Shown here piece by piece: positions 31,546 through 39,832 of a DNA stretch of 64,000 nt. The stretch's first letter is position 1, and each line of letters begins with the position of its first letter. The notes below the pieces were generated by a model, which did not search any database, was not told the DNA's origin, and saw nothing but the letters and a program-made list of their open reading frames with translations. Source of the DNA: an uncultured Nitrososphaerota archaeon (GTDB lineage Archaea; Thermoproteota; Nitrososphaeria; Nitrososphaerales; CADDZS01). The stretch is from positions 576,001 through 640,000 of the forward strand of contig CAWCYI010000004.1 of the NCBI GenBank assembly GCA_963799845.1, written 5' to 3'. The position numbers and the translations under genes are program-made.

Positions 31546-31809
31546 CTAGGCGGCGGCTGGTTCATCCGCGTACGAATCCGGTTCGATCAGGCTGTTGTTT
31601 GAACATCTTAGGCAGTCGTCGCATTCGCAGTCGTGGTCGCAGCAACCGCCAGGACAGGAATTCTCGCCGTACTCGTCTTCATCGGTCTCCTCTTCGTAGT
31701 CGGTCGGCCGGTCGAAGAACTTGAATCCGTAGGGGTTAGCCAGGCTCATTCCCGAAGGATGAATCTCCTTTCCCGCTGCGATCATCAGAAAAAACTCGAA
31801 GGGCGACAC
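31546..31809 (-). CDS. small acidic Cys-rich protein
   Basis: CPGGCCDHDCECDDCLRC cluster. Confidence 0.6.
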   Translation of the reverse strand: MSPFEFFLMIAAGKEIHPSGMSLANPYGFKFFDRPTDYEEETDEDEYGENSCPGGCCDHDCECDDCLRCSNNSLIEPDSYADEPAAA

Positions 31810-31889
31810 TACTCGAAACTGGCTCTTTTAACTTATTTCCCTTTCCCGGTTACCGGAACTAAGATTTAGATGCATTTTCTGATCGGTAA

Positions 31890-32726
31890 TTGGGGAGAGA
31901 TTTGGAGTCGTTTCTTGAGGGATCAGTCCTCGAAAGGCGTGGCGAGAAAATTCGCTTTGGATGTCTCAGCTGGACGTATCCTGACTGGCTCGGTGCATTT
32001 TACCCTCCCGGGACAAAGCCGTCGGAGTTCCTTCATCTCTATTCCAAGATATTCGATCTCGTCGAAATTGATTCCTCATTTTACAGAACCCCTTCCCCAT
32101 CAACAGTGAAGCAATGGAGGGAAAAAACGCCCCGGGAGTTTCTGTTCACCTCGAAATTGCCAGGAAAAATTACCCATGAACTCAGACTTGTGGGGATCGA
32201 ACGTGAATTAGAGCGTTTTGAGAAAACGATGGGCGAGCTCGGGAATAAGCTTGCTTGCGTGATTGCGCAGCTCCCACCCTTTTCGAAGTTTGAGACGGAT
32301 TTTCCAAAAGTGGAGGCATTTCTCGGGATGACAAACCCGAAGATCAGGTATGCGCTAGAATTTCGAAACAAGTCCTGGCTGAGGGATGAGACGCATGAGC
32401 TTTTGTCTCGAAAAAAGGCGTGTTTTGTCTGGAGCGTTACCGATCGGATGGACGAGCTCCCACCCAAAGTGACGTCAGACTTCATTTACCTTCGGTTCAT
32501 GGGAAAGTTTGGAGAATTCAAGAAATTCAACAAAGTGCAGAAAGACAGGTCGGAGGTTCTTGAGAAATGGTGGAATCATCTCTCGGAAAAGATTGACAGC
32601 GTCAATCTTGCCCTGGTTCTTGTGAGCAACCACTTTTCCGGTTTCGCGCCTGCCACAGTCAACGAACTCAGAAGGCTTTCCGGCAGGGAGGAAGTTAGTT
32701 GGGCCAACATGTCTTCTTCACCCTGA
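31890..32726 (+). CDS. DUF72 family TIM-barrel protein
   Basis: SWTYPDW.G.FYP, VEIDSSFY, ITHE, QLPP, ALEFRNKSW and YLRF.G motifs. Confidence 0.93.
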   Translation: MGRDLESFLEGSVLERRGEKIRFGCLSWTYPDWLGAFYPPGTKPSEFLHLYSKIFDLVEIDSSFYRTPSPSTVKQWREKTPREFLFTSKLPGKITHELRLVGIERELERFEKTMGELGNKLACVIAQLPPFSKFETDFPKVEAFLGMTNPKIRYALEFRNKSWLRDETHELLSRKKACFVWSVTDRMDELPPKVTSDFIYLRFMGKFGEFKKFNKVQKDRSEVLEKWWNHLSEKIDSVNLALVLVSNHFSGFAPATVNELRRLSGREEVSWANMSSSP

Positions 32727-32914
32727 ATCGAGCCCGAGCTGCTCTGTTTCAACTCGCATCGCTCGCGGCCTGAGCACTTTCATGTCTTGAAAATGCCAGG
32801 CCAACCCTCGTTCCTATCTTTCGAAGCCATCGATGAGGAAGCAAAGCCAAACTGTCTCAAGTCAAAAAGGCACGCTTAAGAGGCCGCCAGCTCCATCTTA
32901 CTTTCCGGTTTACC

Positions 32915-33763
32915 TTGGTGTCCGACATTTTTGCTGAAGTAGAAAAACAGGCCGAGAATGCGACCAGCTCGAGAGCTTCTTGGCGTGGAGTATTGAGTCT
33001 CAACATCCCTACGCTCGGATTGGGATCCGTCGAATATCACCTTCGGGCCGCGAAGGCTCATGGCGATCTCCAGCCGGTAAAGTTCGTCAAAGTCGACAGC
33101 GTGACCGGGAAAGAGGTGATCAGCAGGGAGGTTCCAAAACTCTTCAGGTACAAGCTGGGACCGAGCGACGAGCGGCTCGACGTGCAGGAAATTCCCCAGG
33201 AGGAAGTGAAGGGAAAAGTCCTGTACGGCAATGATTATCACGTTTTTGCGAGGAACGAACGCGGGTATTTTCTCAAAGAAGAGCTAGAAGTTTCCGGCAA
33301 GTGGATAGAGGTCGTCGCCTCCCAGGTCATCGACAAGCAGGAGGACGGACAGTCGATCTAACCGTTTGACCGGACTACGAAAATTGACGTAGAGCCCGAC
33401 GGTTTCGTTCCGCTGGAAAGACTTGCTGAATACAAGTTCAAGGAAGTCTACCAGATGGCACCGGACACGGACAAGAAAGTCAAGGAGACGTCGTCGAGGG
33501 TGAGGCAGCTCGCGAGGTATCTACTTGAAAAACAGACAGCCCTCGTATCGTTCTTTTCGTGGGGGAGGGGCTACCAGTTCTACACAGCAGTCGTTTATCC
33601 CTACGAGCGGAAGGACGGCCGCCTCTGGCTCCTGATGGGTCTGAGCGAGGGCGTGCTCAAGCTCGACGACACCTGGGCGCTGCAAGAGGATAAACAGGAA
33701 GAATCCCTGCCTCCTGTCCCGTTCGCCACAAGTCGCAAGCCAAAGGTAAGTATTTCAAAGTAG
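32915..33763 (+). CDS. divergent Ku-like DNA end-binding protein (in-frame TAA at 33359-33361)
   Basis: The two ORFs share one frame. RASWRGVLSL resembles the Ku start RxxWKGxIxFG. GFVPLERLAEYKFKEVYQMAPD resembles FVxxxxIDPxYxxxxYYLxP. LARYLLEKQTALVSFF...TAVVYP...LLM resembles the Ku beta-barrel. A ligase gene follows. Confidence 0.7.
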
Positions 33764-33821
33764 TCGGCTCCAACCAGATGCGGGTCTTCCGCCTGCATCT
33801 CATCTGCTGGAGGGTCAACCT

Positions 33822-34643
33822 GTGAGCGACGCCCTCCCCAATTACGTCCAGGAGTATCACGCAAAAGCGAGCAGCCTTGATCTTTCGTCGTGGCTAGCCA
33901 GCAATCCTCTTCCCACTATTTGCGAGCCGAAATACGAGGGAATAAGGGTCTTTTTGTTCAAGAGCGGCGACAATCTCGTCGTCTCGGGGAAGCTTGGCAG
34001 CATCTACACGCCGTCCTCGACTCCTACAGTTTTCTCGAAAGTCCCGGAACTGGTTCACGCGCCAAAGCGGATGATACTTGACGGGGAGTACGTTTCGAAG
34101 GACGGGCTTCACCTGTTTGACATCCTGCACTTTGATGACCGAGATTTGAGGCCCCTCCCGCTCTATCGCCGAAAGGAGATTTTACACCAGATACTCTTGG
34201 GTACCGAAATTGAAACCCAATCCATCACAGCCGAATCTCTCGAGGAGATTGAAGGCTACAGGGAGGAAATTCTGTCGAAAGGGGGAGAGGGCATTGTCGC
34301 AAAAAATCCAATGTCGTTTTATGGGGAAGCCGACACGTGGCTGAAGATCAAGCGTTTCGATACGGTCGATTGTTTCGTGATAGACTACGAAGAATCTTCC
34401 GGGCAGAAGAGATCATGGTCGATCGGGGCCCTTGACACATCCGGCAAGATAGTGAACTTGGGTGAGGTCTCGTCGCTCGTCGAAAGCGTGGATCCAAAGA
34501 AAATAAGGCTGGGCTCTGTGGTCGAGGTCAGGTTCAGGCTCATCGAAAATAAGTTTAGGGCGCCGTTCATCCTCAGGGTTCGCCGCGACAAGGCGGCGAG
34601 CGAGTGTCTCATCACACAGATCCCCCAGTTCCAGATGCCGTAG
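33822..34643 (+). CDS. minimal ATP-dependent DNA ligase (NTase + OB; LigC/LigD-ligase-like)
   Basis: EPKYEGIR (motif I), ILDGE (III), LFDIL (IIIa), EGIVAK (IV), WLKIK (V) and RAP...RVRRDK (VI). Confidence 0.88.
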   Translation: MSDALPNYVQEYHAKASSLDLSSWLASNPLPTICEPKYEGIRVFLFKSGDNLVVSGKLGSIYTPSSTPTVFSKVPELVHAPKRMILDGEYVSKDGLHLFDILHFDDRDLRPLPLYRRKEILHQILLGTEIETQSITAESLEEIEGYREEILSKGGEGIVAKNPMSFYGEADTWLKIKRFDTVDCFVIDYEESSGQKRSWSIGALDTSGKIVNLGEVSSLVESVDPKKIRLGSVVEVRFRLIENKFRAPFILRVRRDKAASECLITQIPQFQMP

Positions 34644-34646
34644 TGT

Positions 34647-35186
34647 GTGCTTTTGTCACTGAAGAAAGATCTTGATCCCGCTTGTGCGCTTGAGATCGCA
34701 GACGATTTCTTGGAAAAGACAAAAGATCTCTACGCAAAGGCGGAGATCGCGGGCAGCCTACGAAGAATGGAGAAGGTCGTCCACGATATCGACTTTGCAG
34801 TAATCCCCGCGATTGAAAATTTTGTAGCATGGAAGGAAAAAGTCTCCCAGAGGGTGGTCGAGATCGGCGGAACGGTGAAGATATTCGGCGAAACAATAAG
34901 CGATTTTCTCTACCGCGGGGCACAGGTCAACCTGTTCATCTGCCCGGGGGAGGACTCGTGGGGCGTGACGCTGATGTGGGCCACAGGGCCGAAGGGTCAC
35001 ACCATTGGAATGACGATAAAGGCGCAGAAGAAAAACCTTCTTTACAACTCGCAGGGAATCTGGACGAGAGACGATCCGCCGAAACTAATTCCTGCAAGAA
35101 CCGAGATGGACATCGCGAGGATTCTCGGCTGGAAGTACAAGCCTCCGGAAACGAGGGGCAAGGACATGAAGACAGAAGTGCACTAG
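34647..35186 (+). CDS. minimal PolX-family nucleotidyltransferase (palm + C-terminal subdomain only)
   Basis: IAGSLRR, HDIDF, ATG, LYNSQG and TEMDIARILGWKYKPPETR motifs; 179 aa. Confidence 0.85.
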   Translation: MLLSLKKDLDPACALEIADDFLEKTKDLYAKAEIAGSLRRMEKVVHDIDFAVIPAIENFVAWKEKVSQRVVEIGGTVKIFGETISDFLYRGAQVNLFICPGEDSWGVTLMWATGPKGHTIGMTIKAQKKNLLYNSQGIWTRDDPPKLIPARTEMDIARILGWKYKPPETRGKDMKTEVH

Positions 35187-35197
35187 AAGCGAAAACC

Positions 35198-35603
35198 ATG
35201 GCCAAGAATAGCAAGGGCTTCGGCCCCCGGGTTCCAGAGCTCTACCTCCAGATTATTCAGAGTTGAGTACACCCTGATTTCTCTCGCGATCGCCGCGTAC
35301 CTGTTGTGGAGCTACAGGTCGGGAATCGGATTAATTGACCTGGCTGTCCTGATTTTCTTAGCAATCCTGCCTGATCTGGTACCCTTCGTTCCAATCGGGT
35401 TGTATTCGTCGCGAGAGGAGAGGGGTTCGGTGCCCCGATGGGGTTCGAGCCTTTACAACACATTCCACACGATCTTACTCTGGGCTCTAGTCTTTGGGAT
35501 CGCCTGGATTCTTCTGCAAGCTCCGTACCTCCCGCTGCTCGGCTGGCTGATTCACATCACGATCGACAGGTCGGTGGGCTTCACTCTCAGGGCCGCGAAA
35601 TAG
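35198..35603 (+). CDS. DUF4260-like membrane protein (+1 frameshift near 35240)
   Basis: LPDL, LYNTFHT and W..HI..DR.VGF motifs. The downstream frame has no start upstream of RLFRVE, and the ATG at 35198 joins if one base is removed at GAGCTCT. Confidence 0.65.
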
Positions 35604-35693
35604 ATGCGGATTTTGGGAAATTGGCAAATGGGTATGGCCAAATTAGCACAGATGCAAAACCGATAAAGAGAGTTTTCTGTTTCCAAAGGAGAC

Positions 35694-36347
35694 ATGACTC
35701 AGGAGTCTCAACAGCCGAGAATCAAGATCAGGATTGAGTCGTTCTCAGATCTGGTCTTCGGACTGGCCCTGTCTATCGGATCTCTCGTCCTACTTTCTAG
35801 GCCCTATTCGAGCATCACAGACGTCGAAGTCAACGTATTGGACTTTGGGTTCAGTTTCGTGATCATTGTCTTCACCTGGCTCGGATATTCTCGGACGATG
35901 GCAACGCTTCCCGGTGAGACCTCGACTTCACTCTATCTGAACATCGTACTTCTCTTTCTGGTTGCAATCGAGCCCTACCTCTTTTTCATCTTGGTGTCCG
36001 CGCCAACCCCCCAATCAGCGGATGCGTTTTCCGTACCGTATGGTCTGAATGTCGCTGCACTTCTTCTGGTTCAGGGGGGACTGTCTCGTCTCGCTCTTGT
36101 CGCAAATAGACAGAAAGCGCCCGGAGGTCTGGACAGATTGCATCCCGAAGTGATCGCTCGATTACGCAGAGTTTCTATTTCCGCCGCGATCATCGGAATT
36201 GTGTACCTAATTTCGACACTTCCATACTTTTGGGTACCAATTGGACCTACTTTTCTTAGGTTTGTGATCTGGTTTTTGTCCTTTCCAATCGTCCCTGCGG
36301 TTCGCGGTGCGAGGAAACCAAAAATTTTATCCCAAACAAATGCTTGA
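35694..36347 (+). CDS. TMEM175 (DUF1211) family K+ channel
   Basis: RIESFSDLVFGLALSI (RxxxFSD signature), SF..I...W and LN..LL motifs; 6 TM. Confidence 0.85.
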   Translation: MTQESQQPRIKIRIESFSDLVFGLALSIGSLVLLSRPYSSITDVEVNVLDFGFSFVIIVFTWLGYSRTMATLPGETSTSLYLNIVLLFLVAIEPYLFFILVSAPTPQSADAFSVPYGLNVAALLLVQGGLSRLALVANRQKAPGGLDRLHPEVIARLRRVSISAAIIGIVYLISTLPYFWVPIGPTFLRFVIWFLSFPIVPAVRGARKPKILSQTNA

Positions 36348-36351
36348 TTTT

Positions 36352-36537
36352 TCACAGCCTCAGTATTACCGGGAAACTAGTGAGCCTTCTAGGCACTCTG
36401 GGCTTTCTTTTCGAGGACTTTTCGCTCAGCTTTCTCTCACGCTCTAACTCCGTCCAAATCTCTCTCCCTTTAGAGATACTTCCGAAGAGCGAATCAAATT
36501 TCCTTCTCGCTTCTTTCAATCTCTTCACTTTCATTAT
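36352..36537 (-). CDS. possible antitoxin-like fragment, hypothetical
   Basis: FDSLFGS...IWTELERERK resembles archaeal antitoxin C-termini; lies directly after the toxin gene. Confidence 0.3.
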   Translation of the reverse strand: MMKVKRLKEARRKFDSLFGSISKGREIWTELERERKLSEKSSKRKPRVPRRLTSFPVILRL

Positions 36538-36556
36538 CAGAATTTTTTGTGAAATA

Positions 36557-36817
36557 TCAGGTCTCGTAGACTTCCTTACGGTGTTCAAATCTGAGAAGGA
36601 TTAGTCTTCCATCCTGTACCGTGTAAATCAGTCTATAGGGTTTGATTCTTACCGTCCATTCGTCCTTTAGCCCATACTTGAGTGGCTTCCCAGACTCGGG
36701 GTCCTCGACTATTTTCGTTATCTGTTTCGCCAATCTCCCCTTGACCGAGTTGTCCTTGATTTTCTTGACATCGCGTTCAAACTTGTTTGTATAGACGATA
36801 TTCTTGATTTCTACCAA
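36557..36817 (-). CDS. RelE/ParE family toxin
   Basis: YTNKFERDVKK, P.SGKPLKYGL, RIKPYRLIY and FEHRKEVY motifs. Confidence 0.9.
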   Translation of the reverse strand: MVEIKNIVYTNKFERDVKKIKDNSVKGRLAKQITKIVEDPESGKPLKYGLKDEWTVRIKPYRLIYTVQDGRLILLRFEHRKEVYET

Positions 36818-37107
36818 TGTTTCAGCTCTTCAAGAAATTCCTCTTTCGGTTTCACTTTGTAGCGGCCCCTTTCGATATCCTTCCATGCTTCTTCGACCAG
36901 TCTCAGTGTCTCAACATCCTGCCGAGTCAACGATGAGTTGACACGTTTGAGTACGATCATATCTTTGTCCGTTGTGACTGCCAGAACGTTTCCTTCCTCC
37001 AGACCGAATTTTTTTCTGATCTTTCTGGGGATTACGACCTGACCCTTAGAACTGGCTCTAGTGAATTCGAATTCTTGAACCATGACGCTAATCCACAAGT
37101 AAGACAT
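36811..37107 (-). CDS. AbrB/MazE-family antitoxin
   Basis: SSKGQVVIPRKIRKKFGLEEG motif; overlaps the toxin start. Confidence 0.9.
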   Translation of the reverse strand: MSYLWISVMVQEFEFTRASSKGQVVIPRKIRKKFGLEEGNVLAVTTDKDMIVLKRVNSSLTRQDVETLRLVEEAWKDIERGRYKVKPKEEFLEELKHW

Positions 37108-37221
37108 TCTTACGTAGTATTAAGTGTATCAGGATTTGAGAGATCACTCTGAGAGTCCTGCATGAACAACGGAAAGGCATTATACTGGTGATAACGTTCT
37201 ATCAAGTTAGCAGGGAAAGAT

Positions 37222-37413
37222 ATGGGTTATAAAATGAAATACGATTCCGGATCAGATGTGCTTTCTGTCATCTTGAAAGACAAGGGGAAGCTTTCTCATG
37301 CAGAAGAGATCGGTGATTTGGTACTTCACGTTGATAAGCGTGGAAATCCGCTCTACTTGGAGGTACTCAATGCCAGCAAAGTAGTTCCTGTAATGGTTCA
37401 GGCCATCAGCTAA
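37222..37413 (+). CDS. DUF2283 family protein
   Basis: YDSGSDVL...D..G....LEVLNAS motif. Confidence 0.8.
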   Translation: MGYKMKYDSGSDVLSVILKDKGKLSHAEEIGDLVLHVDKRGNPLYLEVLNASKVVPVMVQAIS

Positions 37414-37493
37414 AGGGTGAAGCCATCGCCTAATTTTCAAACTGACTGATCTTGCGAAACCGAAACAGATGTGCACCGCAACGAACTTTTGAG

Positions 37494-37763
37494 TTATCGC
37501 CATTCACGACGGACGAGCTCGTTTTCCATTATTGTCTTTCTCAGGTCGAGCTGTCTTGAGTGGTAGACAAGGCGCTGCCACTCTCCTGGGTCTGATTCCT
37601 CGGAAGCGAGATTGCAGAGGAGCTGGTAGGCCGGCCGGATTTTCTTGAGCTCCTCCCTCAGCTGCTCGTCAGACCAATCGAACACGCTATCCTCGAACAA
37701 TAGAACTTCCTTTTGGTCGTCCTTATCCAGAAGTACAAAATCGTCGCTGAGATCGACTGACAA
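37494..37763 (-). CDS. hypothetical helical protein
   Basis: 89-aa ORF with protein-like composition. Confidence 0.55.
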   Translation of the reverse strand: MSVDLSDDFVLLDKDDQKEVLLFEDSVFDWSDEQLREELKKIRPAYQLLCNLASEESDPGEWQRLVYHSRQLDLRKTIMENELVRREWR

Positions 37764-37878
37764 GGTCCTAACGTAATCCGGAATTTCAACGGTAAGAACG
37801 TTGACTCTATAATCTAATTACGCTTCCTAATACTATAGTGGTCGTACGCTGACAGATAGGAAATTGATTTTTCGAGAA

Positions 37879-39480
37879 TCAGGCGTTCTTCTGAAGAGTT
37901 AGTTTTACTTTCGTTCCTGGAAATGCGCCGAGCTTCATGGCGTCGTCCCCTGAAACTGTTATCCAAATGTCCTGATCAAAATCATTGTCGTGCAAGCACA
38001 GCTTGACGTTACCACTGTCATCCCCATCCATCCGACTCAAGACAACAACCTTGTCAGGCATCGATTGGCCGGACGGCCCTTCCGCATTTAAATTTTCTAT
38101 TATTGGAACCGCATGCATCTCGGGAACATTCGGAGTTGAAATTGTTGGAGTTATTTCCTGCGTTTCGACGAAATCGAGTTTGCTCTTTGACCAGCGCGCC
38201 GTGTCTTCTTTCGCACTGATATTGAACTGCAGCGCGTCGGTCAGATCAGATTTCCACTGATCTAAACTGTCGTGGATGATTCTCGCGAAAAATCTATCCC
38301 GTAGTAACTTCAGAGGCTCAAGATGGTCGGCTGCGTAGAGATACTTCGAGTATTCTGGGGTGTTCAGCTGATCGTCTGAGAGGTAAATCGGCTTGCGACG
38401 GAAGCCAGTTGCAATGATTGCCTCGTTGAGATCGCCGAGAACAATCGCAGCCTGTTCGGAGAATTTCTCAGCGCTCGCCGTCGCAAACTCGGCGCGGGAC
38501 ATTACCCTGAAAAGATAAGTTGCATGACCGGTTTCGGAAGTAACCTCCATTACTACTGCGTTGCCGCCGGAGGACAACGAACCCATCGCGGGAATCATGA
38601 ACCACACGTAGACGGCGTCCTTTGCTTTCCTCAGACCAACGCATTCCAAGTTTGATACCCTGATCGAAGAAATGTATCGATACGATTCTGCGAGCGGAGA
38701 GAGGTCCACACTTTTTTCGAGCTTCGCCCAGAGGCCCGGCGAGATCTGGTCCACGTCCTTCCGTGAAGCTGAGCGTCCCTCGACCATCAGCCAGCTCAGT
38801 TTCTGGAGTTCATCGAATGTTGCCGAGGGCACGTTCGCCTTGATCGTTTCAATCGAGCTCGCCTCGACCGCTTTCATGGAATCCCGCAGTTTTTCAACGA
38901 AGAACTGTGTTGCGTTCGCAAGCCTTGAGAGTTCGATAGTTGCGCCGTTCCTTGTTGCCAGCCTTACTTTGAAGTTCTCCAAATCCACTTTTTGGATCTG
39001 AGAAAAAGGGAAACGAATTGGAAGGACACTTGTTGGAAGAATTACCAGTGCGGTCTCGTAAATTCTCGCCCTGCACGGAGCGGGAGTCTGACCTGGCGCG
39101 TGTGGATCTTGGATGGCGTAAAAGCACGGCGCTTCGTAAAGAACGTTTGCCTCCTCCATCAGCAGGGCCTTTGCGAGCGCGTTGCCCCAGCTTTCGCTCA
39201 GCTTCTTGGCAAAGTTGTCGTACTTATTCCCGAACTGAGAAAGCGCGATGTTTTGGCCGTTGCTCGCGGTTATGGAGACTCGATAATTCGAAGCTTCGAC
39301 CCTTGCCTCTGTGTATGCGACGAATACGGTGCTTCCTCCGCTCGGTTTCACCATGATTCCTAAAGTCCAGATCTCAGCAGCGGCATCCACGGGACCAGAT
39401 TGAGAAGCAACGAGTGCCTTGCAGTTAGAGTCAAACAGCTTCTCCCCGAACGAAGAATCAGGAGCGGCCGGGTGGCTCAT
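37879..39480 (-). CDS. hypothetical protein with tandem PH-like domains
   Basis: Internal duplication: NYRVSITASNGQNIALSQFG..YDNFAKKL vs NFKVRLATRNGATIELSRLA..TQFFVEKL. Confidence 0.6.
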   Translation of the reverse strand: MSHPAAPDSSFGEKLFDSNCKALVASQSGPVDAAAEIWTLGIMVKPSGGSTVFVAYTEARVEASNYRVSITASNGQNIALSQFGNKYDNFAKKLSESWGNALAKALLMEEANVLYEAPCFYAIQDPHAPGQTPAPCRARIYETALVILPTSVLPIRFPFSQIQKVDLENFKVRLATRNGATIELSRLANATQFFVEKLRDSMKAVEASSIETIKANVPSATFDELQKLSWLMVEGRSASRKDVDQISPGLWAKLEKSVDLSPLAESYRYISSIRVSNLECVGLRKAKDAVYVWFMIPAMGSLSSGGNAVVMEVTSETGHATYLFRVMSRAEFATASAEKFSEQAAIVLGDLNEAIIATGFRRKPIYLSDDQLNTPEYSKYLYAADHLEPLKLLRDRFFARIIHDSLDQWKSDLTDALQFNISAKEDTARWSKSKLDFVETQEITPTISTPNVPEMHAVPIIENLNAEGPSGQSMPDKVVVLSRMDGDDSGNVKLCLHDNDFDQDIWITVSGDDAMKLGAFPGTKVKLTLQKNA

Positions 39481-39481
39481 T

Positions 39482-39829
39482 CTACATCGAGTCTACTATG
39501 TCTCGCTCTACCTGCTGGATCTCTTTCTCGGTGTCCTTCTTCTTGTCCTTGTAGACCTTGTCTGAAATCGTCCCGTCTTTTTTCATCTGCTCGAGCGACT
39601 GGAGCTTTGCCTGGAGCTGGTCTTTCTTTGCCTTCAGCTCTGAGACCGCATCCTCGCCAAGCTGAGCTTTCGCGATCTGGATATCGATCACGCGGATCTG
39701 CTCCTTGTACTTCTCCAGATAGAACTGGGCATCCTGCCATGAAAGCCCGTTCCCGATCATCTGCTCGGTGTGAGCGATCTTCGACTGGAGGTCTTCCTTC
39801 TGCTTTCGCAGATCGTCGGGCGAACTCAT
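39482..39829 (-). CDS. coiled-coil protein with SHOCT-like C-terminus
   Basis: Heptad pattern; LEQMKKDGTISDKVYKDKKK motif. Confidence 0.65.
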   Translation of the reverse strand: MSSPDDLRKQKEDLQSKIAHTEQMIGNGLSWQDAQFYLEKYKEQIRVIDIQIAKAQLGEDAVSELKAKKDQLQAKLQSLEQMKKDGTISDKVYKDKKKDTEKEIQQVERDIVDSM

Positions 39830-39832
39830 TTC

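Noticed and set aside
33359-33361. Stop-codon recoding (Sec/Pyl) in the Ku-like gene
   Set aside because: The codon is TAA, not TGA or TAG; an error or nonsense mutation is simpler.
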